This document shows positions 39,760 to 52,812 of a stretch of 64,000 bases of DNA, in pieces; the first letter of the stretch is position 1, and every line of letters starts with the position of its first letter. The notes beneath the pieces were generated by a model. That model had not been told where the DNA came from. It searched no databases and saw nothing but the letters and a program-made list of their open reading frames with translations. The DNA lies in assembly GCA_002269645.1 (NCBI GenBank), contig NIVC01000814.1:1-64000 (forward strand), written 5' to 3'. Source of the DNA: Macrostomum lignano (Eukaryota). The position numbers and the translations under genes are program-made.

Positions 39760-41222
39760 CCTATATCTACTACCTGCCAATCTACTGGCTTGTGCCGATC
39801 TTTCTACTGTCCTCAGCTGCCGATCTTACTGGCCTACATGTATCTGCTGCTCTATTGTTTAATGCCTAGCTGTCAGCGTTGCCTATATCTATCTGCCAAT
39901 CTACTGTCCTCAGCTGCCGATCTTACTGGCCTACATGTATCTGCTGCTCTATTGTTTAATGCCTAGCTGTCAGCGTTGCCTATATCTATTTGCCAATCTA
40001 CTGTCCTCAGCTGCCGATCTTACTGGCCTACATGTATCTGCTGCTCCATGTTTTAATGCCTAGCTGTCAGCGTTGCCTATATCTATTGCCAATCTACTGT
40101 CCTCAGCTGCCGATCTTACTGGCCTACATGTATCTGCTGCTCTATTGTTTAATGCCTAGCTGTCAGCGTTGCCTATATCTATCTGCCAATCTACTGTCCT
40201 CAGCTGCCGATCTTACTGGCCTACATGTATCTGCTGCTCTATTGTTTAATGCCTAGCTGTCAGCGTTGCCTATATCTATCTGCCAATCTACTGTCCTCAG
40301 CTGCCGATCTTACTGGCCTACATGTATCTGCTGCTCTATTGTTTAATGCCTAGCTGTCAGCGTTGCCTATATCTATCTGCCAATCTACTGTCCTCAGCTG
40401 CCGATCTTACTGGCCTACATGTATCTGCTGCTCTATTGTTTAATGCCTAGCTGTCAGCGTTGCCTATATCTATCTGCCAATCTACTGTCCTCAGCTGCCG
40501 ATCTTACTGGCCTACATGTATCTGCTGCTCTATTGTTTAATGCCTAGCTGTCAGCGTTGCCTATATCTATCTGCCAATCTACTGTCCTCAGCTGCCGATC
40601 TTACTGGCCTACATGTATCTGCTGCTCTATGTTTAATGCCTAGCTGTCTGCGTTGCCTATATCTATCTGCCAATCTACTGTCCTCAGCTGCCGATCTTAC
40701 TGGCCTACATGTATCTGCTGCTCTATTGTTTAATGCCTAGCTGTCAGCGTTGCCTATATCTATCTGCCAATCTACTGTCCTCAGCTGCCGATCTTACTGG
40801 CCTACATGTATCTGCTGCTCTATTGTTTAATGCCTAGCTGTCAGCGTTGCCTATATCTATTGCCAATCTACTGTCCTCAGCTGCCGATCTTACTGGCCTA
40901 CATGTATCTGCTGCTCCATGTTTTAATGCCTAGCTGTCTGCGTTGCCTATATCTATCTGCCAATCTACTGTCCTCAGCTGCCGATCTTACTGGCCTACAT
41001 GTATCTGCTGCTCTATTGTTTAATGCCTAGCTGTCAGCGTTGCCTATATCTATCTGCCAATCTACTGTCCTCAGCTGCCGATCTTACTGGCCTACATGTA
41101 TCTGCTGCTCTATTGTTTAATGCCTAGCTGTCTGCGTTGCCTATATATATCTGCCAATCTACTGTCCTCAGCTGCCGATCTTACTGGCCTACATGTATCT
41201 GCTGCTCCATTGTTTAATGCCT
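39760..41222. repeat. 97-bp tandem array (~15 copies) in the Helentron 3' region
   Basis: Period 97 measured directly (39891 to 39988); starts ~30 bp after the helicase stop. Confidence 0.95.
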
Positions 41223-44200
41223 ATCAGTCTGTACATGTACATGTAAAGCTGCCTTCGTCGCCTATCTACGGTTTTATTTGTTGGCTCTCGCTTTCCACCT
41301 CTCAGTCTTGCTACTTTCAACCAAATGTAGAGAACGAGTTTACCGGTGTAAGTTTTTTAGTTTCTTTGATAATATATACTTTCAAAATACGCATCGACTG
41401 TAGTGCTTGTTGCAAATTGTTATTTGTATCTAGCTTGCAAGATATTTTTTCTTTTATCAGTAAGTTTACCATACATTAATCAGCGTTAATAATGCTTTGG
41501 AAGTCTCTAAATAATCGATACAACACTAGGTATTATAAAATTCCAACCCCAAAGCTCACTGGGGCGAAAAGACTTTGTCTTCATTAACTAGTTCGTCATC
41601 CAGATGACGAAGTGACCATGGTTTTTAGACGCTTCGCCATACAAAAAAATTGTTAGAAATCTAGATGACGAAGTGACCAAATTTTGAGGACACTTCGTCA
41701 TCCCAAGATTTCGCAAAGCTGTAAAATTGTTATTCGATTGTTTTTTATGTATGTAAATTGTTTCTCAATCAATAGTCTGTAAAATATAGGATTAAATACA
41801 CATTTAGGGATTCAACTTCTCGCTATAATTGGCATCTAAATGCACGCTGTATGTGTACAAGTGTTCATTGTAATTTTATTATAGCTTCGCTTCAACAAAC
41901 ATGTGTGGAGTTGTAACGATGTAGATTTAAATATGTTTATGAATAGTGTGTTTTTGTGTATTTATTATTATGTTTTTTTTCAGTTGCATTTAATTTTGCT
42001 ATTTAGGAATGCATATTTCCAATTTATTGTTATTTTTGTTTTACTGTGGATTCCAAGATATTGTATGGGTAGAATTCAATTTTGTACTGATCGCGATCGC
42101 GATCTCGATCTCTTCTCCAGCTCTTCCCCCGTCGTAGACTCGTAGTTAATCGTCATTAATTATCAGTTAGTTAATCAGTTATTTAATCCTCAGTATAGCC
42201 ACCTATATTTATGACTACTCAATGCAACTTAGCTGACGAAGTTACATATAGCTATTCAATAAGTTTTTTAGACAAAGTGGATGATGACGAAGTGTCCAGG
42301 GAGTAGATGACGATGTGTCCACAATAGTATCGTAGATGACAAAGTGGTAAGATGACAAAGTGTCTAGAAATATGAGTGGATGATGAAGTGGTAAGATGAC
42401 GAAGTGTCCAGGAACCGTAGCTATGGCTATGGCCTATGGCTAGAGGATCCATAGTCTTATAGATATCCTTTTTTGGTGAAAATTCCTTTGTGGATGACCC
42501 TACCTATAAATATTTATAGCAAGGGCCTTTGATGTTTTTTCTAGGCAAAGAGGATTGTAATTGAGGAACTCTTTCTACCAACTATTGCTCTGACAATTTA
42601 GCGGCTAGAAAATTTTTTATTAGGATTGATAATAGAAACAAATTATTAGCAATAGCATTATTAGCTTATTCAAATTTAAAACGTGTGAGTTAAAAATGTG
42701 CAAAAATGCATAAATACTTATGAAACGGCATTTTTAGTTTTTTTAGTAATAAAAGAAGTATTTTTCTGTATGTTTAAAATTTGTTTTATAAATATTTAGG
42801 ACATAGTAAGTAAAATTTTCTTTGTTTTGTTCAACTGTTTACTTATTAAAAAGTCCATTATAGAGTTCAGTAAATGCAAGGCAAAAAGTTAGATCTCAGA
42901 ACTGGTTTTTGTGCATACACTAATGACATCGATGGTGTTGGGAAGTTTACTTATTGTTTTAGAATGTTAGTCTTATAGAACAATGTAATGGATATATTGT
43001 TGTATTTTTAAAAATGAACTAAAAGAATCCACATGATATAGTGCATATAGTGCCAAATAGCAAAAGATCCTTTATTGTCACAACAGCAAAAAAGGTCCTT
43101 TATTGTTGCAATGCCTCATGGGCCCTCACACTTATAGTATAACTGCTGGCTGCATGCTGCATGTAACTTCTGTGGCAGCTAAAAATGTTTCCGCGCAGTT
43201 GGTGCATCCTATGGTATATAGTCCTATAGACTATGGCATAGGATCTTATAGCAAATATGGTAAAATAGGTGTCTATGGCAACTATGGATAGGCCTATACC
43301 TACAATAGTATTCCATTGTTGCAAGTTTTGACTGCTATAATTATAACCGAGGCCATATGGAAATAGGCAACTATAAGAAGACAATAAGACAAGCAAATGA
43401 AACATTTTTCAAGTTTTATAGTAAGTGTTGGCTCCTATACAATAAGAAATCCTGCCATTGTCACCAAAGTTATTGTAATAGTGAATTCTGTCTCCACAAA
43501 TAATGCCATGGCTGTCACCAAGTTGTAACAGGGATTATGGTTCTTTGTAAATATCCTAACAACTGCCACTAAGAGCTATCCTAAGACTAATGCTTATCCT
43601 CTAAGATGATCTTATTGCTGTCAATTATGTACTTTTACTAATGTTTCATATATTTAAATATTACTAGTTGCATTTGAATGTACTTAATGCCTGTATTTTT
43701 ATTTGATAGTAGCATATCTACTTCTATACTAGTAGCATATCTTTTTCTATATTGGTAGCATATATATTTTTGTACTAGTAATGTATCTATTTATCTACTG
43801 GCCTATCAGTCCTATGGCACTGTGTACCCTATTCTTATACTTCTATTTTACTCTTACAAAGGGTTCTCTTAGTCCTGGGTATTCCCAAGATCATAGTCAC
43901 AGCTTCTAAGCATTTTACTGCTCCAAGGCAATTTACCTCAGACTATTAAGTAATTCTCGCTTTCAGTGGTTCTTAATTCTCCCAAATTGGGGTTCTTAGT
44001 CCTTTAGAAATGAATAAGCCAATTGAAAGACTGCTTAATGATTTAGTGAGCCTATATGTTGCTTGCAAGTTTGCAGGTTTGTAGGTCCCTGTGAGTTGCC
44101 TTCTTTGGACCACTCAGGCTTCAATTTATACTAGTTGAGCAGTCTATTTTAAAACAAATATATTTGAAGAATATTATTTTGTATCACAATCTGAAAACAA

Positions 44201-44673
44201 AAATATTTTAGTGGACATTTGAATATAGTATTTTCTAAGAAATAATAGGTTATAATTGTAGCAAAAATATACTAGAAGAATATACAATATTATAGAAAAG
44301 GTGCAATATCTCATGAACATGCATATTCCAATGTTATGAAAATATACAACATAATAAAAGTATTTGAATGTTTTTAGGTTTCAACCTAAATCTAATGCAA
44401 TTTGTACTTTGACATATATATTTTGCCTAAATGCTTAGTCATTAGCAAACTTGATTAACTCTTTAATATTGTATAGCTTTAGTTTGGTCCAGTTAAATGA
44501 TATACTAATGTTGGATATAGATCTTAAAATAAACATAGGTATATGCAAGCTCCCATATAGTCTATACTCACACATGTATTACCCCAAGAAATACATCAGC
44601 CAAGCGACTTGATTTTCACTAAGAATATGAATTACTTTTATAGCTGACCCAAAAAAAGTTTAAAAAATCTTTG

Positions 44674-45459
44674 GGCTCATTCCATATAAGCATGGTCGTA
44701 ACATGACAGGTTATTTTTACTTATAAAATTAAATCTAATAATAGAATATACTAAACCAATATTTTAAATGAAAGATTATTTTGTCTAGAATATATTTATA
44801 GAGTTTCATATAGATATCATCATTAGTATAGATGCTATTAAACCTTAAATGACACTTATGGTCGTAACGACAGGATTTTTGACATATAGAAACTAAAAGG
44901 TAAAAGTCTTATAACATTTTTCATTTTTGATATTTTGCAATACATTTTTAAAATTTGACTAAGAACATCTTTAGAAATCATACTCTTTTATTAGAATATA
45001 TAAACTCAAAAGGCAACAAAGATACAAAAGAAAAGGCAGCCTTATGGTCGTAACATTATGGTCGTAACATATTTTTTTCTATCAATTCAGTAACTTTGAG
45101 GTACTAATACATTAAAAATATAATAGATTATTTGGTCACCAATGCTTTTATCTGATGATGCAAGTACTATACTTTTATCTATAGTTTGTTTCAACCTTCA
45201 AAAGCTTTCTATTTGTTTTTAAAAGGTACAAAATCTTAATGATGTCTTTTGCTTCGAAAAATGTCCAAATTTTTACAAAAATGACTTTTTGCCAATTGAT
45301 AACATACTAATCCAACATTTTACCATTCCTTTATTCTTAGATTGTATATATTGCACAATATAAACATTTGGTAAAAAAATAGGCTAATTAGGCAATGGCA
45401 AGCAAAAATATTGACTTTTTTCTATTTTCCAAATATGTCCATCTTATATGGAATGAGCC
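44674..45459. mobile_element. Non-autonomous TIR element (MITE), 786 bp, 4-bp TSD
   Basis: TIRs GGCTCATTCCATATAAG(C)ATGG and CCATCTTATATGGAATGAGCC; TTTG at 44670-44673 and 45460-45463; internal ATGGTCGTAAC motif occurs four times. Confidence 0.78.
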
Positions 45460-46181
45460 TTTGGTAACAATTTAGAACAGTCTAGGTAAAATAAATATAT
45501 ATGATAATAAATAGGAAATTTTACATTGTCAAGTTTTATCAAAAATGTTTTTAAAAAGTAAGAAAAATTGTTAATTTTGTCATTTGCCCTTAATTTACCA
45601 CAATTTATGCCAGCCAGATTGTTAGTATTAGCAAGCTAATATGAATATATGATCAAAATAAATTCTTTGTAAAGAGTAATACATTTAAATATAATAAACT
45701 AAAGTATTAAACATGCAATAATACTGGTTGCTAAGCATATTAAATTTTCTAGATGCAAGCAAGCAATCTCATTTAGCATGTAATAAACCCATCTTATGCA
45801 ATATGCAAACAATAATTAGCTTATCTACTAGAACTTGCAACTTCATAAATTGCAACCTACTTAAACAACCCACAGCTTAGCTGCAGCTTTTATATAGCCT
45901 ATCTAAGACTGTAAACAGCTGTTTGGTCCAAGGACTAGAGGGGGGTATCTTGCTCAAGGGCACAAATTGTTCCAGGTGGGTTGTGAATCAGGTCTAAGTA
46001 TGCAGTTCTAAGGCCTGAAATTAGTATACTATATAAACAGAAATATGATAGTTGTAATTACCAGATGATTAAATTCAAACACTACTTTGTCGCAGTTTCT
46101 ACTTCTAATACACATCACACTAGAAATAGAAACGTGTTCTGAAATTATCGCAACCCCCATTTTGATTTGTCATCCAATCAG

Positions 46182-49100
46182 TTGCCGAGAAAGAGCTGGA
46201 GTGGAAGGCGGCGCTAAACCAACAAGTGGCTCTACTAGAAGAGACCCTAGCCAGTAGAGAATCGGAGCTAAGAGACGAGCGCAAGAAAGCTGCGCAGCTG
46301 ACCGAAGACTTTAAATATAATTTGCGGCTGGTTAAAGAACGAGACGAAGAATTGGCTACGATGGAGCGGGAGAATATTGTGCTGAAGCAGCAATGCCTGG
46401 CTCTAGAAGATAAATTGTCGGCTATGAGTGTTAAACACGATGAAGTTGCTCAAAAGCTTGCCGAGGAATCTTATTCTAAAACTAAACTAGTTGAGCAGTG
46501 CAAGTCTGAACAGGATTCGCGAGAAAGAGAATTGCAATTTATTCGGCATGAGCATGAGTTGGAGGTGTCACGGTTGAAGGATGAGCATCAGGTGAGCGTT
46601 GGGTTATCTCGGAGGCAATTTCCTGTGAGAAATCAGGATAGGGTACAGGTCAATTCTTCTCGATGTAGATTGGGTAGAGGGCGATTCTTCTCGATGCCTA
46701 TTGGGTAGGGGGCGATTCTTGATGTATATTGTGTAGATGGTGCTTCTTTTCGATGTAGATTGGGTACAGGGCGATTCTTCTTAATGTAGATTGGGTACAG
46801 GGCGGTTCTTCTTGATGCATATTGGTTATAGGGCGATTATTCTTGGTGTAGATTGGGTACAGGGCGATTCTTCTTAATGTAGATTGGGTACAGGGCGATT
46901 CTTCTTGGTGTAGATTGGGTACAGGGCGATTATTCTTGGTGTAGATTGGGTACAGGGCGATTCTTCTTGATGTAGATTGGGGACAAGGCGATTCTTAATG
47001 TAGATTGGGGACAGGGCGATTCTTCTTAATGTAGATTGGGTACAGGGCGATTCTTTTTTATGTAGATTGGGTACAAGGCGATTCTTCTTGGTGTAGATTG
47101 GGTACAGGGCGATTCTTCTTGGTGTAGATTGGGTACAGGGCGATTCTTCTTGATGTAGATTGGGTACAGGGCGATTCTTCTTGGTGTAGATTGGGTACAG
47201 GGCGATTCTTCTTGATGTAGATTGGGTACAGGGCGATTCTTCTTGGTGTAGATTGGGTACAGGGCGATTCTTCTTAATGTAGATTGGGTACAGGGCGATT
47301 ATTTTTTATGTAGATTGGGTACAGGGCGATTCTTCTTGATGTAGATTGGGGACAGGGTGATTCTTCTTAATGTAGATTGTGTACAGGGCGATTCTTGATG
47401 CATATTGGGTACAGGGCGATTCTTCTTGATGCATATTGGGTACAGGGCGATTCTTCTTGATGCATATTGGGTACAGGGCGATTCTTCTTGATGTAGATTG
47501 GGAATAAGGCGATTCTTCTTGATGTAGATTGGGTGGAAGGCAATTCTCGATGCATATTGGGTACAAAGCGATTCTTCATAAGGCTATCGAATCTAGTACA
47601 TTTATAATTAAGAAACGAGGTTGTTCTATTAACATTTAGTAAAGTGCTTACCTTTACTATTCAAATTTGAAACTCAAGGCGCTTCGCCGTCAGCTAGAAA
47701 TGGAAAATGTTCGCTGCAAAAAAGAGCTGGAGCTGCAGAAACGCGAACTACTCGGGGCTCTGGACAAACGGGCAGAGGAGCTGCGGGACGATTATCAAAA
47801 CCGGGCCAAACAGTTGGAGAAGTCGCTGATGGACAGCGAATTCAAGTGCGACTTGCTTGACAAAGAGGCAGCCAGCTTGCGGAAAGCTCGAGTGGATTTG
47901 CTCAACCGATTGGAGACTTGCGAGACTGAATCAGCTGGGTTGGAGAAGCGGCTGGCTGAGGCTGCTGCTAGGCAAGTTATCTCTTTTACTGACTAGCTAG
48001 AGATTAAGACGAGTAGCTGGATTAACGAATAGAGATTAGGGATTAAGAAAAGTTTGGATTAAGGACTCTGACTGCAGGGGATTAAAGACTCGAACTGTAA
48101 GGGATTTAAGACTCGAACTGAAGAGAATGAAAGACTTGAACTGTAGAGGGATTAAAGACTCGAACTGTAGGGAGGGGATTAAGGACTCGAACTGTAGAGG
48201 GATTAAAGACTCGAACTGTAAGGGATTTAAGACTCGTACTGAAGAGAATAAAAGACTTGAACTGTAGGGGGATTAAAGACTCGAACTGTAGGGAGGGGAT
48301 TAAGGACTCGAACTGTAGAGGGATTAAAGACTCGAACTGTAAGGGATTTAAGACTCGTACTGAAGAGAATAAAAGACTTGAACTGTAGGGGGATTAAAGA
48401 CTCGAACTGTAGGGAGGGGATTAAGGACTCGAGCTGTAGAGGGATTAAAGACTCGAACTGTAAGGGATTTAAGACTCGAACTGAAGAGAATGAAAGACTT
48501 GAACTGTAGAGGGATTAAAGACTCGAACTGTAAGGGATTTAAGACTCGAACTGAAGAGAATGAAAGACTTGAACTGTAGAGGGATTAAAGACTCGAACTG
48601 TAGGGAGGGGATTAAGGACTCGAGCTGTAGAGGGATTAAAGACTCGTACTGAAGAGAATGAAAGACTTGAACTGTAGGGGGATTAAAGACTCGAGCTTTA
48701 GGGGATTAAATACTCGAACTGTAGGGGATTAAAGACTCGAACTGTAGGGGATAAAAGAGTCGAACTGTAGGGGATTAAAGACTCACAGATCACAGATGAA
48801 GTATAAAATCTTTCTAGATACGAGAGCGACATAGCCGTACTGGAGAACGAGAAGGAGCGCCTGCAGGAGCTGAGTACCTCACTAGAGGCCAAGCATCGGG
48901 CCGCTCTGGCCAGACTAGAAGAGAAATTGGCCGCCGGCCAGGCCGAGGCAACTCGCCACGAGCAGGCAGCGGCCGGCGCAGCCGCCAGACTGAAAGAGGA
49001 GCGCCAATCGATGCGAAATCAGACCTCCGATCTGTTGGCTAAATTGCACGAAGCTGAGGCCAGTTTTCAACGGAAGGCCACGGAATTCGATACTAATTTG

Positions 49101-52100
49101 CGAGCGAAAGATGCCGAGATTGCGAAGCTCAATGGCCAGGTTTGTTTGCGCAGTTTTGCGCTGGGGACCATATAGGACGAATTGAGGACCATTTAGGTAG
49201 GTTTTTATTGAGGACCATTTAGGTAGGTTTTTATTGAGGACCATTTAGGTAGCTTTTTATTGAGGACCATTTAGGTAGGTTTTTATTGAGGACCATTTAG
49301 GTAGGTTTTTATTGAGGACCATTTAGGTAGGTTTATTGAGGCCCATTTGGGTTTAATTGAGGACCATTTAGGTATGTTTAATTGAGGACCATTTAGTTTT
49401 AATTGAGGACTGTTTAGGTTGAATTAAGAACTGTATAGATTGAATTGAGGACCATGATTTTTGGATTCGAGACCAAATAGTTTGGATTGAGGACCTTAAA
49501 GTTTGAATTTTAGACCGTATAGTTTAAATTGAGGACCATTTATGTTGCATTTAAAGCCATGTAGGTTGAATTGTGTAACATGTAGTACAAATTAAGGACC
49601 TCGCTGTTGAAATTGAAGACCTTTTAGTTGTAATTTTGCTAAAATCGAGCACATACCTACCTACCGACAGACCATTTTTAGTATGTGGATTGAGGACCAT
49701 CGAGTTAAAATTGAGGACCTTGTAGTTGGAATTGAGGACCTTGTAGTTGGAATTGAGGACCTTCTAGTTAAAATTGAGGACCTTGTAGTTGGAATTGAAG
49801 ACCTTCTAGTTAAAATTGAGGACCTTGTAGTTGGAATTGAAGACCTTCTAGTTAAAATTGAGGACCTTGTAGTTGGAATTGAGTACCATGTAGTTAAAAT
49901 TGAGGACATTGTAGTTAGTATTAAGGACCTTGTAGGTTAAATCGAGGACCTTTTAGTTCGAATTGAAGACCATGTATGTGATTCTTTTAGTGAAATATTT
50001 TTTATTTCACTGCAAAAAAACATTTCCCGCAGCTTGAAGACCTGCAAAGTCAGCTGCACAGCTCCAAAGCTGACGTCAGCAGACTGTTCGTTGACAAGGA
50101 CGCCGAAATTGACAGACTGCGACGCCAGCTTGAGGTCAACACTGAGGAGTTGAATAATCGGCGGGCGGATATTGACAGGTGTGGCGATTAGTTTGATGGC
50201 TTGGCCAGCAAAATCCAAAACTAATCTTTCTGTTTAGGAATATCAAATCTGATTTTATCTAGGGATTTTAGCTAGGGATTATATAACTAACCTAAATCTT
50301 TTTAAGAGATTATGCAATATTCTATCCTGAAACAATTGCTAAGGGTATTCATATAACCTACCTGAATCTTGCTGCAGGTATTTATATAACCTACCTGAAT
50401 CTTGCTGCAGGTATTTATATAACCTACCTGAATCTTGCTGCAGGTATTTATATAACCTACCTGAATCTTGCTGCAGGTATTTATATAACCTACCTCATAC
50501 ATGCGCAACAGTCGGCCAAGTCGGCCGATCCGGCCGACCGATTTGGCAGCCAACCAAGAAAGTCGCAAAAATGCCATCCCGAAAAATCACCAAGAAGTAG
50601 TACTAAGTAGCTGACGAGGCATTTTGGCTTAATAAGGCAGTCATAGTTACTCCTGCCGTTTACCCAAAGTTGCGTTAATTTTGCTTTAGGGTTTTTTACA
50701 TGTAAGTCGCATTTTTGGCCAAAAACTACGTCGCATTTCTGTTAAAACTAAGTCGCACGGCCGACCGAATTTTGGAGGTTGCGCATGTATGACCTACCTG
50801 AATCTTGCTGGGGGTATTTATATAACCTACCTGAATCTTGCTGGGGGTATTTATATAACCTACCTGAATCTTGCTAAAGGTATTTATATAACCTACCTGA
50901 ATCTTGCTGGGGGTATTTATATAACCTACCTGAATCTTGCTGGGGGTATTTATATAACCTACCTGAATCTTGCTAAAGGTATTTATATAACCTACCTGAA
51001 TCTTGCTGGGGGTATTTATATAACCTACCTGAATCTTGCTAAAGGTATTTATATAACCTACCTGAATCTTGCTGGGGGTATTTATATAACCTACCTGAAT
51101 CTTGCTAAAGGTATTTATATAACCTACCTGAATCTTGCTGGGGGTATTTATATAACCTACCTGAATCTTGCTAAAGGTATTTATATAACCTACCTGAATC
51201 TTGCTGGGGGTATTTATATAACCTACCTGAATCTTGCTGGGGGTATTTATATAACCTACCTGAATCTTGCTAAAGGTATTTATATAACCTACCTGAATCT
51301 TGCTGGGGGTATTTATATAACCTACCTGAATCTTGCTGGGGGTATTTATATAACCTACCTGAATCTTGCTAAAGGTATTTATATAACCTACCTGAATCTT
51401 GCTGGGGGTATTTATATAACCTACCTGAATCTTGCTGGGGGTATTTATATAACCTACCTGAATCTTGCTAAAGGTATTTATATAACCTACCTGAATCTTG
51501 CTAAAGGTATTTATGTAACCTACCTAAATCTTGCTGAGGGTATTTATGTAACCTACCTATATCTTGCTTGTTTAATCAATAGGCCTAAATATTAATATTA
51601 GCATACACGTAATAAACAGTTTATGTAAGTATTGTATAATAATTAACAATAGATAATGTCAACCTCGCCCCAGATACCGGCACGAGTTAGACGCGGCCTT
51701 GGCCAGAGAGCGCGATCGCGAATCGATGCAGCACCAGATGGAGCTGGACTATCAGCGCAAAGCCAGCGAACTTGAAGCTTTGCAATACGAAAAATCTGAA
51801 AGCTATATTGAACGACTGACCCAAGCAAAGAATGAAGCTTTGAGAGAGTTAGAATCGATGCAAACTACTCTGGCACAGAAGCAGACTTTTATACAGAGCC
51901 TACTGAAAGATCGAGAGACTGCTCTACAGGTGATGAAGGAGAATGGTATTGTGATGCCAGATCGCAGACTGGAATCGGCATCTGTAGAAACTGACCAATT
52001 GGCCGCTAGTGAGCGGAGAGTTCGAGAATTAGTGCAACAGAATGAGTCTTTGAAGGACATTGTGAAACAGATGCGGTTAGAAATGGAGTCATTAATTAGC

Positions 52101-52735
52101 TCGCAACCCCAGCAGCAGCAGCAACAGCAGCAACAGAAGAAACAACAGTTACAGCTAGGCGATCAGAAATCTGTTCAAGAAATTTCCAACGCACTGTCAA
52201 AATTGCGCAGCGAGAAAACTGATTTATTAGCCCAGTGCCGCAAGCAGCAGGCTCGTATTGGCCATTTGGAATCTCAACTGGCCGAGTGCCAAACTGAGCG
52301 CGAGGCCGCCGACACGGCCGCCGAGCAGTTGCGCTACGAGCTGTCAGCTCAGGCCCGGCATCATTCAACCGAATCTGCCGGATTGAAGCGCCGGCTGCAG
52401 GAACTCGAAGCTCAATTAGACGAGAGTCAGCGCGAAGCTGACGAATATTATAAAGCTAATATTGAGGCTGGCAGGCTGGCTGAGCGCCTTCAGCAGGAGG
52501 TGCTCGTGCTCAGGTCTGCGGCTGGTTCAGCTGGCGGCGAGCAGCAGCAGCAGCAGAGGCCTGGCGAAGTGAATTTCGGCGCTCAAGAGCTGTACATACA
52601 GCAGCTGCAGGATGAGATTGCCGGCCTGAGAGATCGGATGAGGGCCAAGCAGCTCTATGGAGATGATGAGGCGGAGGCTGGGAACGAGTCTGAACAGGTA
52701 AGGAATTAATACCTATGTCTACTGGTCAGCCTGCC

Positions 52736-52768
<33 letters not shown>

Positions 52769-52773
52769 TACTA

Positions 52774-52812
<39 letters not shown>

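Larger units (their letters stand above)
31042..41583 (+). mobile_element. Helentron/Helitron2-type rolling-circle transposon, ~10.5 kb
   Basis: RepHel coding region inside; perfect 11-bp subTIRs CCCAGTGAGCT (31049-31059) and AGCTCACTGGG (41553-41563). Small 3' stem-loop AAGAC-TTT-GTCTT (41569-41581), 5' palindromes, TT target and no TSD. Confidence 0.88.
31016..42417. mobile_element. Non-autonomous TIR element (~0.9 kb) split by the Helentron insertion
   Basis: Left GGTTTCTGGACACTTCGTCATCTTAC (31018-31043) vs right GTAAGATGACGAAGTGTCCAGGAACC (42391-42416), 1 mismatch. Arrays of the GATGACGAAGTG motif at 41590-41705 and 42280-42410. TAGCTA directly flanks both ends (31010-31015, 42418-42423). 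Confidence 0.75.

Noticed and set aside
42080-42150. GC-rich patch reading EELEKRSRSRSRS on the minus strand inside the TIR element
   Set aside because: About 20 codons, low complexity (GATCGC repeats) and no supporting splice sites.
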